NCBI GenBank assembly: GCA_903830945.1
Contig: CAIKVT010000026.1
Span: 19,823 to 83,822 of the forward strand
Length of the DNA stretch: 64,000 bases
From: an uncultured Elusimicrobia bacterium
GTDB lineage: Bacteria; Elusimicrobiota; Elusimicrobia; UBA1565; UBA9628
Reading direction: 5' to 3'
Positions 9,558 through 17,592 of the stretch are shown here, piece after piece. The position numbers and the translations under genes are program-made. Numbering within the stretch: the stretch's first letter is position 1; each line of letters begins with the position of its first letter. Below the pieces are notes generated by a model. It was given only the letters and a program-made list of their open reading frames with translations. It ran no database searches and was not told where the DNA came from.

Positions 9558-9887
9558 TCAGCTCGGTTTCCTCGCGGCCAGGGCGAAATTGAAAAAATAG
9601 CGATTCAGGCCAGCCAAGTCCGTGTGATATTCTTTGCCACCGAACCAAGCGTCGCAAAGCAGTTCACGCGCTCGCACGATCTCCTTGAGACGGTTGCGCC
9701 AGCGCGGGTCTTGAATCGTGAGATCCAAAAGATCGAGCGCCCTGATCATGGCCCGCTCAAAAAGCTGCGGGTCCTTTTTTTCCCAACGCAGCGCCCGGCT
9801 GACCTCGCTGCCCACATTCCCCAACTGCTCCACGAGGGAAAACCTGCCCCAACCGCCGGCCGCCAGAGCGGGATGCTGGGTCTTCAC
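9558..9887 (-). CDS. Hypothetical small all-alpha protein (weak MazG-like NTP-pyrophosphohydrolase resemblance)
   Basis: 109 aa, with acidic-residue spacing (VEQLGNVGSEVSRAL ... ERAMIRALDLLDL) reminiscent of the MazG-type fold. Translationally coupled (4-nt overlap) to the downstream DUF5674-like gene. Confidence 0.35.
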   Translation of the reverse strand: MKTQHPALAAGGWGRFSLVEQLGNVGSEVSRALRWEKKDPQLFERAMIRALDLLDLTIQDPRWRNRLKEIVRARELLCDAWFGGKEYHTDLAGLNRYFFNFALAARKPS

Positions 9888-10240
9888 AGGGATTGAGGCA
9901 GAATCATCTTCTTCACGATATGCAGGATTCGCGTCTGGATTTCCGGATTCTCGACACCCCGCGAACGGTTGTTTTGCGAAGGCCTCACATTGATCATGGA
10001 ATCGAACTCGATCCTATCTTCTGGCGGCTTCTCGGGATAAATATTAATGCCCCACAAATGCTCCTGTTGAGAACCATCCTCCAAGAGCAGGGACTCTTCA
10101 TCGGCATGAAGCTCTCCGCCGATGGCCAGCACTTCCCTCTGCACGTCCACCGCGGCCTTGATCATGTCGCCGAATTGAGCCTGAGCCAACTTCACAACAT
10201 CAGACAAAAAAATCGGATTTTTTATAACGCGTATTTCCAT
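9884..10240 (-). CDS. DUF5674-like small protein
   Basis: MEIRVIKNPIFLSDVVKLAQAQFGDMIKAAVDVQREVLAIGGELHADEESLLLEDGSQQEHLWGINIYP...EFDSMINVRPSQNNRSRGVENPEI matches my recollection of the DUF5674 family. Start set at the ATG at 10240 because the longer track ORF (to 10288) would overlap tRNA-His. Markedly lower GC (~48%) than the flanks. Confidence 0.5.
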   Translation of the reverse strand: MEIRVIKNPIFLSDVVKLAQAQFGDMIKAAVDVQREVLAIGGELHADEESLLLEDGSQQEHLWGINIYPEKPPEDRIEFDSMINVRPSQNNRSRGVENPEIQTRILHIVKKMILPQSL

Positions 10241-10245
10241 AAAAA

Positions 10246-10323
10246 TGGGGTGAGTGAGGGGACTTGAACCCCCGGCCTCCTGGTTCACAGCCAGGCGCTC
10301 TAACCAGCTGAGCTACACCCACC
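10246..10323 (-). tRNA. tRNA-His (anticodon GTG), with G-1 encoded and CCA encoded
   Basis: Reverse complement folds as a cloverleaf: 8-bp acceptor including G-1:C73, D arm GCTC/GAGC, anticodon loop CTGTGAA, T loop TTCAAGT, 3' CCA. Confidence 0.85.
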
Positions 10324-10458
10324 GAAGACCGACATTATAGCAGTTTGCGGCTTTTTGAATCCGCTTCCAGATATAGGTCCTTCGACCCACGAAACGCCAG
10401 GCCCAGCGCCCCTCGCCAAAGGCCCCTACAATGAACATAATATTATCTGCGGAGAGGA

Positions 10459-11706
10459 TTGGCCATGAAACTGACATTTCTGACGACAGCCGGCCTGGTT
10501 GCCTCCCTCCTCACAATAACCCCTCCAGCGACCGCGGCCCCAAGATCCAGGAAAACGGCGGACCGCTCGCCGGTGGTGGCCTTGCTCAAGAAAGGCTTAG
10601 CCGACCTTAACCGGCGCGATTTTGACGCGGCCATCCTGAAGTTCACCAAGGCGACCAGACTCAGCTCCAATTGCCGAGCGCTGTTCCTCCTCGGTTTGGC
10701 CCACTACGAGCGGGGCTCCCAAGGCGGCGACCCCGACACCGCGGACAAGAACGAAGCGCAGGCGGCCGCCGGCGCCTACGCCAAGGCCATGTCCCTCGAC
10801 CCCGGCCTCAAAGCCATCACCGATCCCGCCCGATTCTACAAGAGCCTCGCTTGGTCCTACGAAGTCCTCCGACATTACGACAAAGCCGCCGCCGCCTACG
10901 AGTCGGCCGCCGCCGCCGCGCCCCAGAACCCCATGCTCCCGCTCCAAGCGGCCCGCGTCTACAGCCGCATGGGCGAGCCGGTCAAGGCCGCGCAGAGCCT
11001 CGCCGCCAGCCTCTCGCGGGCGCGGCGGATCAAACAGGAAAGCCTCATCCTCCAAACCGTCCGCAGCAACCCCAGATTATCCGCCATGCTCGCTTATCCT
11101 GACGTCGCAGCCGTTCTCGCTGATCCTACGCCCGTCAAGGATACGCTGGCCCAGGCGGCGCCGCTCTCCAGATCGGAGGAACTGCGCGACGCGGTCTCGG
11201 ACCGGGACCCGACCCGGGCCCAGAAACTGACCGCCGCGCCGCGGCCCAACCCCGCGGCCATAGACGCCCTGGCCGCAGGCGACGATAATTTCAATTTCCG
11301 ACAGTACCGGACCGCCATCAAAGCCTACGGCGAAGCCGCCCGGCTCGACGCCAAGATAAAGACCTTGAGCCCGGTGCAACACACCATCCTCTACGAGCGC
11401 ATGGGAACCTCCTACAACCACCTCGGCTTGGCCGAAGAGGCGGTACTTCCCCTGCAGCGGGCCCTACAGGCCATGCCCAACAACGCCGCCGCCCATTACC
11501 AGCTGGCTCTAGCCTACTCGGTCTCAGGCCGGTTCACCGAATCCCTACGCGCCCTGGCCGGCACCTTCGAGTCCACGCCTTCAAAATCCGAACTGCGCAA
11601 ATATCTGCTGCTGGCCAAAAGCGACTCAGAACTCGAACCGGTCCGCGACCTATCCGGCTTCGCCATCTTGCTGGACCGCTACGAAGAGCAGCTCACCCGA
11701 CGCTGA
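10459..11706 (+). CDS. Secreted TPR-repeat protein
   Basis: Signal peptide MKLTFLTTAGLVASLLTITPPATAAP followed by multiple TPR-like helical repeats. RBS GAGAGGA upstream. Confidence 0.6.
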   Translation: MAMKLTFLTTAGLVASLLTITPPATAAPRSRKTADRSPVVALLKKGLADLNRRDFDAAILKFTKATRLSSNCRALFLLGLAHYERGSQGGDPDTADKNEAQAAAGAYAKAMSLDPGLKAITDPARFYKSLAWSYEVLRHYDKAAAAYESAAAAAPQNPMLPLQAARVYSRMGEPVKAAQSLAASLSRARRIKQESLILQTVRSNPRLSAMLAYPDVAAVLADPTPVKDTLAQAAPLSRSEELRDAVSDRDPTRAQKLTAAPRPNPAAIDALAAGDDNFNFRQYRTAIKAYGEAARLDAKIKTLSPVQHTILYERMGTSYNHLGLAEEAVLPLQRALQAMPNNAAAHYQLALAYSVSGRFTESLRALAGTFESTPSKSELRKYLLLAKSDSELEPVRDLSGFAILLDRYEEQLTRR

Positions 11707-11784
11707 GCGCGATGGCCTTCTCCAAGAGAGAAGCTCCGCAAAGTCAGCGGCTCATCTTAGGCCTGACGAGTTGAAAGACTCCCC

Positions 11785-13029
11785 CTAAGCGGCTGTTTTC
11801 GAAGCGCGCGCCTTGTGCCGAAGCCGCAGATCGGCCTTGACGACCTTGGCCAGCCGCTTGATGCCCTCGTCGATCTGCTCCGGAGTAGGATAGGAGAAGT
11901 TCAGGCGCATGGTGTTCTGCCCGCTGCCGTCGCAATGGAAAGCGGAGCCAATGACATAGGCCACGTTCTCCTTGATGGCCTCGGAGAACAGCTCGTCGGC
12001 GTTCATGTTCTCGGGCAGGCGCACCAAAAGAAACAACCCGCCTTCCGGATTAGTCCAGGTCACGCCCTCGGGCATATAGCGCTCCAGAGCCTGGAGCATG
12101 GCGTCCTTACGGGCCCGATAGAGCTTCTTGACGCCGGCGATGTGCTCGCGCGCGACCCCGGACTTAAGGAACTCCGTGGCCAGCAGCTGATTCAATGACG
12201 ACGTGCATAAGTCCAAAGACTGCTTCAGGATGCCCATCTTCTGGATGATACGCTCGTCGGCCAAGATGTAGCCCAGGCGCAGTCCCGGGGCCAAAGTCTT
12301 GGAGAAGGTGAACAACGAGATCACGTTGTGGGTCGTATCGAGCTTGTAGAGCATGTCCGGAGACTTGCCCTCGAAGCGCACCTCGCGATAGGGGGAGTCT
12401 TCAATGAGCAGGATGTTATAGCGTTCGGATAGTTTGATGAGCTCTAAGCGGCGCTCCTGGGTCATGGTCACACCGCTTGGGTTCTGAAAGTCGGGCACGA
12501 TGTAGACGAACTTATAGTGCTCCTCCTCCTGACGCAGTTTCGCGAGCTTGGCCTCCAGGTCGTCGATGAGCATGCCGTGGTCGTCAGCCTTGATGCCCAT
12601 GATCTTGGCCCCATAGGAGTTGAAGACCTGCAGGCCGCCGATGTAGCTGGGCAGTTCCACCAGGATAGGATCGGAGGGGTCGATGAAGGTCCGGCCTACA
12701 ATATCGAGGGCCTGCTGAGAAGCTGTGGTCACAAGAATGTTGTCCGGCGAAGCGTTGATGCCCTCCTCCTCACGCAGGAGCTTGATGATCTGGGCCTTGA
12801 GCTCGGGCAAACCCTCGGTCGGCCCGTACTGCAGGGCCGTCTTGGAATTGGTCCTGATAATACGCGCGGCCATCTCGGCCAGGGCTTCTGAGGGGAATGT
12901 CTGAGGAGACGGCAGGCCGCCGGCAAAAGAAATGATCTCCGGCTTGTTGGTGAGCTTGAGCAACTCCCGGATGACAGAAGCCTTGGTGCGACGGTTAACC
13001 GTGGCGAGGTTCTTAACGAGGTCGATCAT
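11785..13029 (-). CDS. PLP-dependent aminotransferase, class I/II (2-aminoadipate/aromatic aminotransferase-like)
   Basis: 414 aa with aminotransferase fold motifs (FAGGLPSP, LQYGPTEG, NPSG, FSKTLAPGLRLGY with the PLP-lysine). Confidence 0.85.
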   Translation of the reverse strand: MIDLVKNLATVNRRTKASVIRELLKLTNKPEIISFAGGLPSPQTFPSEALAEMAARIIRTNSKTALQYGPTEGLPELKAQIIKLLREEEGINASPDNILVTTASQQALDIVGRTFIDPSDPILVELPSYIGGLQVFNSYGAKIMGIKADDHGMLIDDLEAKLAKLRQEEEHYKFVYIVPDFQNPSGVTMTQERRLELIKLSERYNILLIEDSPYREVRFEGKSPDMLYKLDTTHNVISLFTFSKTLAPGLRLGYILADERIIQKMGILKQSLDLCTSSLNQLLATEFLKSGVAREHIAGVKKLYRARKDAMLQALERYMPEGVTWTNPEGGLFLLVRLPENMNADELFSEAIKENVAYVIGSAFHCDGSGQNTMRLNFSYPTPEQIDEGIKRLAKVVKADLRLRHKARASKTAA

Positions 13030-13100
13030 CGCTGTTCTCCTTGAAGTCTGATAGGCGCGCGGTGAACGATATTATACATCCCTTTTCCGATTCCAGAGCC

Positions 13101-14798
13101 ATGTATTATAATCTGCTGAAGATCATGGATCGCGAATCGAGACCGGGAAGTACGGGCACGAGCCGCCAGCCCGGACGATGGATAATTTTAGCCGCCCTGG
13201 CTGCAGGCTTGGGCCTCGGCCTATGGTCCATCGCCGACAACGCCCCGACCTTCGACGAGCCCGTGCATCTGGCCAGCGGCTACGCGACCTTATGCGCGGG
13301 GAGCTACCGCTTCGCGGCGCTGCCGCCATTCTCGGAGATGTGGGCCGCCCTTCCCTTGCTGGCGCTCCGGGTCAAAGGATTCCATACGCACCCGGACTTC
13401 GTCAACGGACGGCTCCTCCATTATGCGGACTTCCTCTTGTACCACAATCCGGTCCCAGCCGAGCGCATGCTTGGTGCAGCGAGAGCCTTCGTCCTACTGA
13501 CCATGCTGCCGGTCCTGGTCCTGGTCCTGGTCTCCTGGACGCGCCGCTTGGCCGGGATGGCGGCGGCCTGCGGCGCAGCGGTCGCCCTCGCGCTGTGCCC
13601 GGTCGTCATCTCCAATTTCTCACTGGCCACCGTGGACGCGGTCCCGACGGTGCTGTGGTTCACGACCTTCTGGCTTCTCTCCCGGGCGGCGGCTGGGGCC
13701 GTGACGCTGGGATGGGCCGCCACGGCCGGATGCTGCGCCGGACTGGCTTTAGCCTCGAAGTTCAACATGATCCTGCTGCCTCCCTTGGGCCTAGCGCTCT
13801 TAACCTGGGATTGGGCGCTACGGCCGAGCCCCCGCCCCAAGGTCCCGTGGATGGGCGCGGCGGTCTTCTGCGGCTGCGCCGCCGCGGCCTTGGCGATTGT
13901 TTATCGCTGGACGCATCTTCCGCTCTACTGGGAGGGACTGCGGGAGACGATGACCCAGCTGGAGGGCGGAAGGGCGTCATTCTTATGGGGACGGTATTCC
14001 ACGACCGGCCTGTGGCCGTATTTCCCCGTGACGCTGCTCGTGAAGACGCCGATTCCAATCTTGATCCTCGCGAGCGTCGGCACAGTCTGGTGGCTGAGGA
14101 AAGTCGGCAGAAAAGGACGCCGGCGCGAGAGCCTTTGGATCTTCGGGCCATTCTTGGGTTATCTGGCCGCGGCCCTGGCGTGCCGGACCCAGATCGGGGT
14201 CCGCCATATCCTGCCCGTCATGCCCTTCTTGCTCATGCTAGCGGGCCTCGGAGTCTCCGCGCTGTGGTCCCGGCCGCGAAGCGGGCTCGCTCTGCTGCTC
14301 CTGGGGGTCTGGGCGGTCGTCTCGGTGGGCCGGGTCGGGCCGCACCAGCTGGCTTACTTCAACGAACTGGTCGGCGGCCCGGACCAAGGATACAGGATCC
14401 TCGCGGACTCCAGTCTTGATTGGGGCCAGGACCTCAAAGGCCTGGCGCGCGTGCTGCGGGAGATGGGCAATCCCACGGTCTTCCTTTCCTACTTCGGGAC
14501 CGCGGATCCCGCGGCTTACGGAATGCGTTATATCCCTGTGCTGTGCTCCCCGCACGTGGACCGGCCCGGCAATGCCCCTGGACCGAAGGCCAGGGAGCGC
14601 GTGCTGTTGGCGGTCTCCGCGACCAACCTGCAGGGAGTCTACTTCACAGACCACGATCTATTGGGCTGGCTGAAGACCCGGCAGCCATTAAAAGTCGTGG
14701 GCTATTCGATATTCCTCTACGACCTCACCGAAGACCAGGAAGGCCAGGAGCGGCTGGCCCGGCTCGTAGCGAGGCTGCGGCAGGATGCGCAGGGCTGA
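13101..14798 (+). CDS. GT39/GT83-like (PMT_2 / ArnT-like) membrane glycosyltransferase
   Basis: Polytopic N-terminal domain with a conserved acidic first loop (FDEPVH) and multiple TM helices, then a C-terminal soluble domain. The track start at 13041 lies 11 nt from the divergent aminotransferase start, so ATG 13101 (MYYNLL) or 13127 is more plausible. Confidence 0.65.
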   Translation: MYYNLLKIMDRESRPGSTGTSRQPGRWIILAALAAGLGLGLWSIADNAPTFDEPVHLASGYATLCAGSYRFAALPPFSEMWAALPLLALRVKGFHTHPDFVNGRLLHYADFLLYHNPVPAERMLGAARAFVLLTMLPVLVLVLVSWTRRLAGMAAACGAAVALALCPVVISNFSLATVDAVPTVLWFTTFWLLSRAAAGAVTLGWAATAGCCAGLALASKFNMILLPPLGLALLTWDWALRPSPRPKVPWMGAAVFCGCAAAALAIVYRWTHLPLYWEGLRETMTQLEGGRASFLWGRYSTTGLWPYFPVTLLVKTPIPILILASVGTVWWLRKVGRKGRRRESLWIFGPFLGYLAAALACRTQIGVRHILPVMPFLLMLAGLGVSALWSRPRSGLALLLLGVWAVVSVGRVGPHQLAYFNELVGGPDQGYRILADSSLDWGQDLKGLARVLREMGNPTVFLSYFGTADPAAYGMRYIPVLCSPHVDRPGNAPGPKARERVLLAVSATNLQGVYFTDHDLLGWLKTRQPLKVVGYSIFLYDLTEDQEGQERLARLVARLRQDAQG

Positions 14799-14817
14799 TT
14801 CCTCTCGTCTGACAGCG

Positions 14818-14839
14818 TCGTCATCCAATCGTCAATAGG
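14818..14839 (+). promoter_or_regulatory. Pho-box-like tandem 11-bp direct repeat (TCGTCATCCAA TCGTCAATAGG)
   Basis: Two CGTCA(T)-type half-sites with 11-bp periodicity. They lie ~41 nt upstream of a TATACT hexamer (14881..14886) and 69 nt upstream of the start of the nucleotidyltransferase-phoB-phoR-like operon. The near-identical 10-mer CGTCATCCAA recurs upstream of the PiT operon. Confidence 0.35.
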
Positions 14840-14907
14840 ATTTAACCCCGCCATCATGGTGCTTCGACCGCCGGTTCCTCTATACTCTTGATGCTAAGGA
14901 GGAGAGA

Positions 14908-15852
14908 ATGTTAAACGCCAAAGAGAAGTCGGGGCAGAGATGGGCCGTGATACTATCAGGCGGAGCGGGGGAACGCATGCGCCCTTTCATCACCGATTGG
15001 CTCGGGCATCATCGTCCTAAACAGTACTGCACATTCACGGGCGAGAAGTCCCTGCTGGAAGAGGCCGTAGGCCGGGCCCTCGGGGTCGCGGAGTCCACGA
15101 AGCTCGTGACCGTCGTCGGGAAGGGGCATCGGCAGTACCTCGATGAGCCGCGCCGCCTGGACCTGCCGGGACGCATCGTGGAGCAGCCGGCCAACCGCGA
15201 CACCGCCGCCGGGGTCTTCCTGCCTCTGACCTACGTCCTACGCGAGGACCGCGAGGCCACGGTAGTCTTGCTGCCTTCAGACCATTTCGTAGCCGACCCT
15301 TACCGGTTCCAGAAACACCTGCGCCGAGCCCTCAAGTGCGCCGAGCTCTGTCCTGAGCGGCTCTTCATTCTGGCCGCGGCTCCCGAAGGGCCGGAGCCCG
15401 ATTACGGCTGGCTGAGGACCACGCCCACCGAAGCCGGGGAGAGCCTGCAGGCCGTGTCCGAGTTCCTGGAAAAGCCCGATGCAGAGACGGCTCGCCGCTT
15501 CTACGCCGAGGGCTGCCTCTGGAACACCATGGTGGTGGCGGGCAAGGCCGCGACCTTCTGGGAGCTGGGCTGGCGCCTGATTCCCGAGGTGGTGGCGCGC
15601 CTGGAAGCCTTGCGCGGCGAGCTGGGCACCCCGTTCGAGGAGTCGACTCTGCGCGGCATCTACGCCGACATGCCTGAGGCGAACTTCTCGCGCGACTTCC
15701 TGCAGAAAGTCCCGGAACGCCTGACCGCCGTGGCCATGGAAGACGTGGGCTGGAGCGACTGGGGCAGGCCCGAGCGGGTAATGGAGAGCCTGCGCGATCT
15801 GCGCCTGCAGCCCGCCTTCCCGACGCCGGACGCCGAATTGGCCATAGTCTAG
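14908..15852 (+). CDS. Sugar-phosphate nucleotidyltransferase (mannose-1-phosphate guanylyltransferase-like)
   Basis: N-terminal WAVILSGGAGERMRP...PKQY pattern typical of ManC-type NTP_transferase proteins. 314 aa, no cupin domain. RBS AAGGAGGAG. Confidence 0.55.
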   Translation: MLNAKEKSGQRWAVILSGGAGERMRPFITDWLGHHRPKQYCTFTGEKSLLEEAVGRALGVAESTKLVTVVGKGHRQYLDEPRRLDLPGRIVEQPANRDTAAGVFLPLTYVLREDREATVVLLPSDHFVADPYRFQKHLRRALKCAELCPERLFILAAAPEGPEPDYGWLRTTPTEAGESLQAVSEFLEKPDAETARRFYAEGCLWNTMVVAGKAATFWELGWRLIPEVVARLEALRGELGTPFEESTLRGIYADMPEANFSRDFLQKVPERLTAVAMEDVGWSDWGRPERVMESLRDLRLQPAFPTPDAELAIV

Positions 15853-15897
15853 AATTGACAAGACCACGCCAGTATGGCAAGTTATAAGTAAGCTCTC

Positions 15898-16578
15898 ATG
15901 CCTGAAGCTAAAATACTCGTCGTCGAGGACGAAAAGGCCCTCGTCAAGGTCCTCAAATATAACCTGGAGAAGGCGGGCTATCAGGTCGTCACCGCCAACG
16001 ACGGGGAGGCCGGGCTCTCAGCCTTCCATGAAGAAAAGCCAGATCTCGTCATCCTCGACATCATGCTCCCCAAGAAGGATGGCTTCGAGTTCTGCAAGAC
16101 CGTCCGCCAAGTCTCGCAGACCCCGATCTTGATGCTCACAGCCCGCAAGGACGAGTTGGACCGCGTCCTAGGCCTGGAGATCGGGGCCGACGACTACGTC
16201 ACCAAGCCTTTCAGCGTGCGCGAGGTCCTGGCCCGCGTCAAGGCCATCCTGCGCCGCGCCGCGGACAAGACCGCGCCGCTCATGCTCCGTGCCGGAACGC
16301 TCGAAGTGGACCTGGAGCGCTACGTGATCAAGATCAAGGGCAAGCCGGTCACACTCTCCCCGAAGGAATTCGAGTTCCTCAAGTGCCTTCTAAAGTCCGA
16401 CGGCCGGGCCCTCAGCCGCGACGAGCTCCTGGAAAAGGTCTGGGGTTACGACCGCTCCATGGAGATAGACACCAACACCGTGGACCAGCACATCGCGCGA
16501 CTGCGCAACAAGCTCGGCTCCGAGGCCGAGCGCATCGTCACGGTCAAGAACGTCGGCTACCGCCTCCGGACGGACTAG
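15898..16578 (+). CDS. OmpR/PhoB-family response regulator
   Basis: Receiver domain (ILVVEDE...DLVILDIMLP...LTA...K) plus winged-helix output (VDQHIARLRNKLG...VGYRL). Confidence 0.9.
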   Translation: MPEAKILVVEDEKALVKVLKYNLEKAGYQVVTANDGEAGLSAFHEEKPDLVILDIMLPKKDGFEFCKTVRQVSQTPILMLTARKDELDRVLGLEIGADDYVTKPFSVREVLARVKAILRRAADKTAPLMLRAGTLEVDLERYVIKIKGKPVTLSPKEFEFLKCLLKSDGRALSRDELLEKVWGYDRSMEIDTNTVDQHIARLRNKLGSEAERIVTVKNVGYRLRTD

Positions 16579-17489
16579 TGCCTGTCCTGATCACGGCGCT
16601 GGCGGTGCTGGCCTGCGCATGGCTCCTCGCCCATAAGCAGAACCGCGCCGTGGCGCTCATCACCCGGGCCGCCGAGCGTCTGGCCGCCGGCGACTGGAGC
16701 GCCCGCGTCGGCCCGCTGCGCGACGACGAACTCGGCCGCCTCGGCCGCAGCCTTGACCAACTCGCGGAGAGGGTCCAGAAGGACATCGACCAGCTGCGCC
16801 GCTCCGACCAGGTCCGTAAGGACTTCACGGCCAACGTCTCGCACGAGCTGCGCACCCCCTTGGCCGCCATCAAGGCCTTCGCGGAAACGCTTCACGAGGG
16901 AGCAGCCGAGGATCCCGAGCACCGCATGGAGTTCATCCTGGAGATCGAGAGCAACGCCGACCGCATGACCCGCTTGGTCGACGACCTGCTCACCCTCTCC
17001 ACCTTGGATTCCAAGACCCAGCGACCGGCACCGGAATCCATCGACCTCATGCGCGTGGCGGCAGAAGTGACCGCGACCCTCAAGCCACTGGCTAGACGCA
17101 AGGAGCTCGGCCTGCGCCTGGAGCCGTTCCGCGACGTCCCGCCGGTGTGCGGGGACCGCAGCCAGCTCAAGCAGGTGTTCACCAACTTGCTCGATAACGC
17201 GATCAAGTACACGCCGGGCAAAGGGATGGTGCGCGTCAGCGCCTCCTGCGCCGAGGACCGGGTCACCGTATCCGTCCAGGACACCGGCCCCGGCATACCG
17301 GCCGAGGACCTGCCCCGCATATTCGAGCGCTTCTACCGAGTGGACAAAGCCCGCTCGCGGGAGCTGGGGGGCACCGGCCTGGGCCTGGCCATCGTCAAGC
17401 ACATCGTGGAGGCTCACGGCGGCAGCGTGGCCGTGGAAAGCCGGCCGGGCGCAGGCTCTACTTTCAGTTTCACCTTGCCCGCCACCTAA
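16578..17489 (+). CDS. Sensor histidine kinase (PhoR-like short membrane-anchored HK, TM + HAMP-like + HisKA + HATPase_c)
   Basis: GTG start overlaps the regulator's TAG stop (TAGTG). One N-terminal TM helix and no periplasmic domain. H-box FTANVSHELRTPLAAIKAF; N/G boxes NLLDNAIKYTP, DTGPGIP, GGTGLGLAIVKHIV. Confidence 0.85.
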   Translation: MPVLITALAVLACAWLLAHKQNRAVALITRAAERLAAGDWSARVGPLRDDELGRLGRSLDQLAERVQKDIDQLRRSDQVRKDFTANVSHELRTPLAAIKAFAETLHEGAAEDPEHRMEFILEIESNADRMTRLVDDLLTLSTLDSKTQRPAPESIDLMRVAAEVTATLKPLARRKELGLRLEPFRDVPPVCGDRSQLKQVFTNLLDNAIKYTPGKGMVRVSASCAEDRVTVSVQDTGPGIPAEDLPRIFERFYRVDKARSRELGGTGLGLAIVKHIVEAHGGSVAVESRPGAGSTFSFTLPAT

Positions 17490-17501
17490 CGCGCCACGAC
17501 G

Positions 17502-17523
17502 GCGTCATCCAACGGTCATCCGG
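17502..17523 (+). promoter_or_regulatory. Pho-box-like tandem 11-bp direct repeat (GCGTCATCCAA CGGTCATCCGG)
   Basis: GTCATCC is repeated with 11-bp spacing. ~40 nt further on is a TATCAT hexamer (17564..17569), and the PiT start lies 70 nt downstream. Spacing and core sequence match the site at 14818..14839. Confidence 0.35.
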
Positions 17524-17592
17524 GCTTTACCTCGCCACTATGGGCCCGCGCGATCCCGGCTGATATCATATCGATGAAGGAAAGGCGGACCC

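Noticed and set aside
10241-10288. Upstream extension of the DUF5674-like ORF to the track start at 10288
   Set aside because: It would overlap the tRNA-His gene (10246..10323) on the same strand; the internal ATG at 10240 gives a family-typical N-terminus (MEIRVIKNP...).
11716-11734. Short hairpin (CTTCTC-caaga-GAGAAG) between the convergent TPR and aminotransferase genes as a bidirectional terminator
   Set aside because: Only a 6-bp stem of low GC for this genome and no flanking U-tract on either strand; too weak to call.
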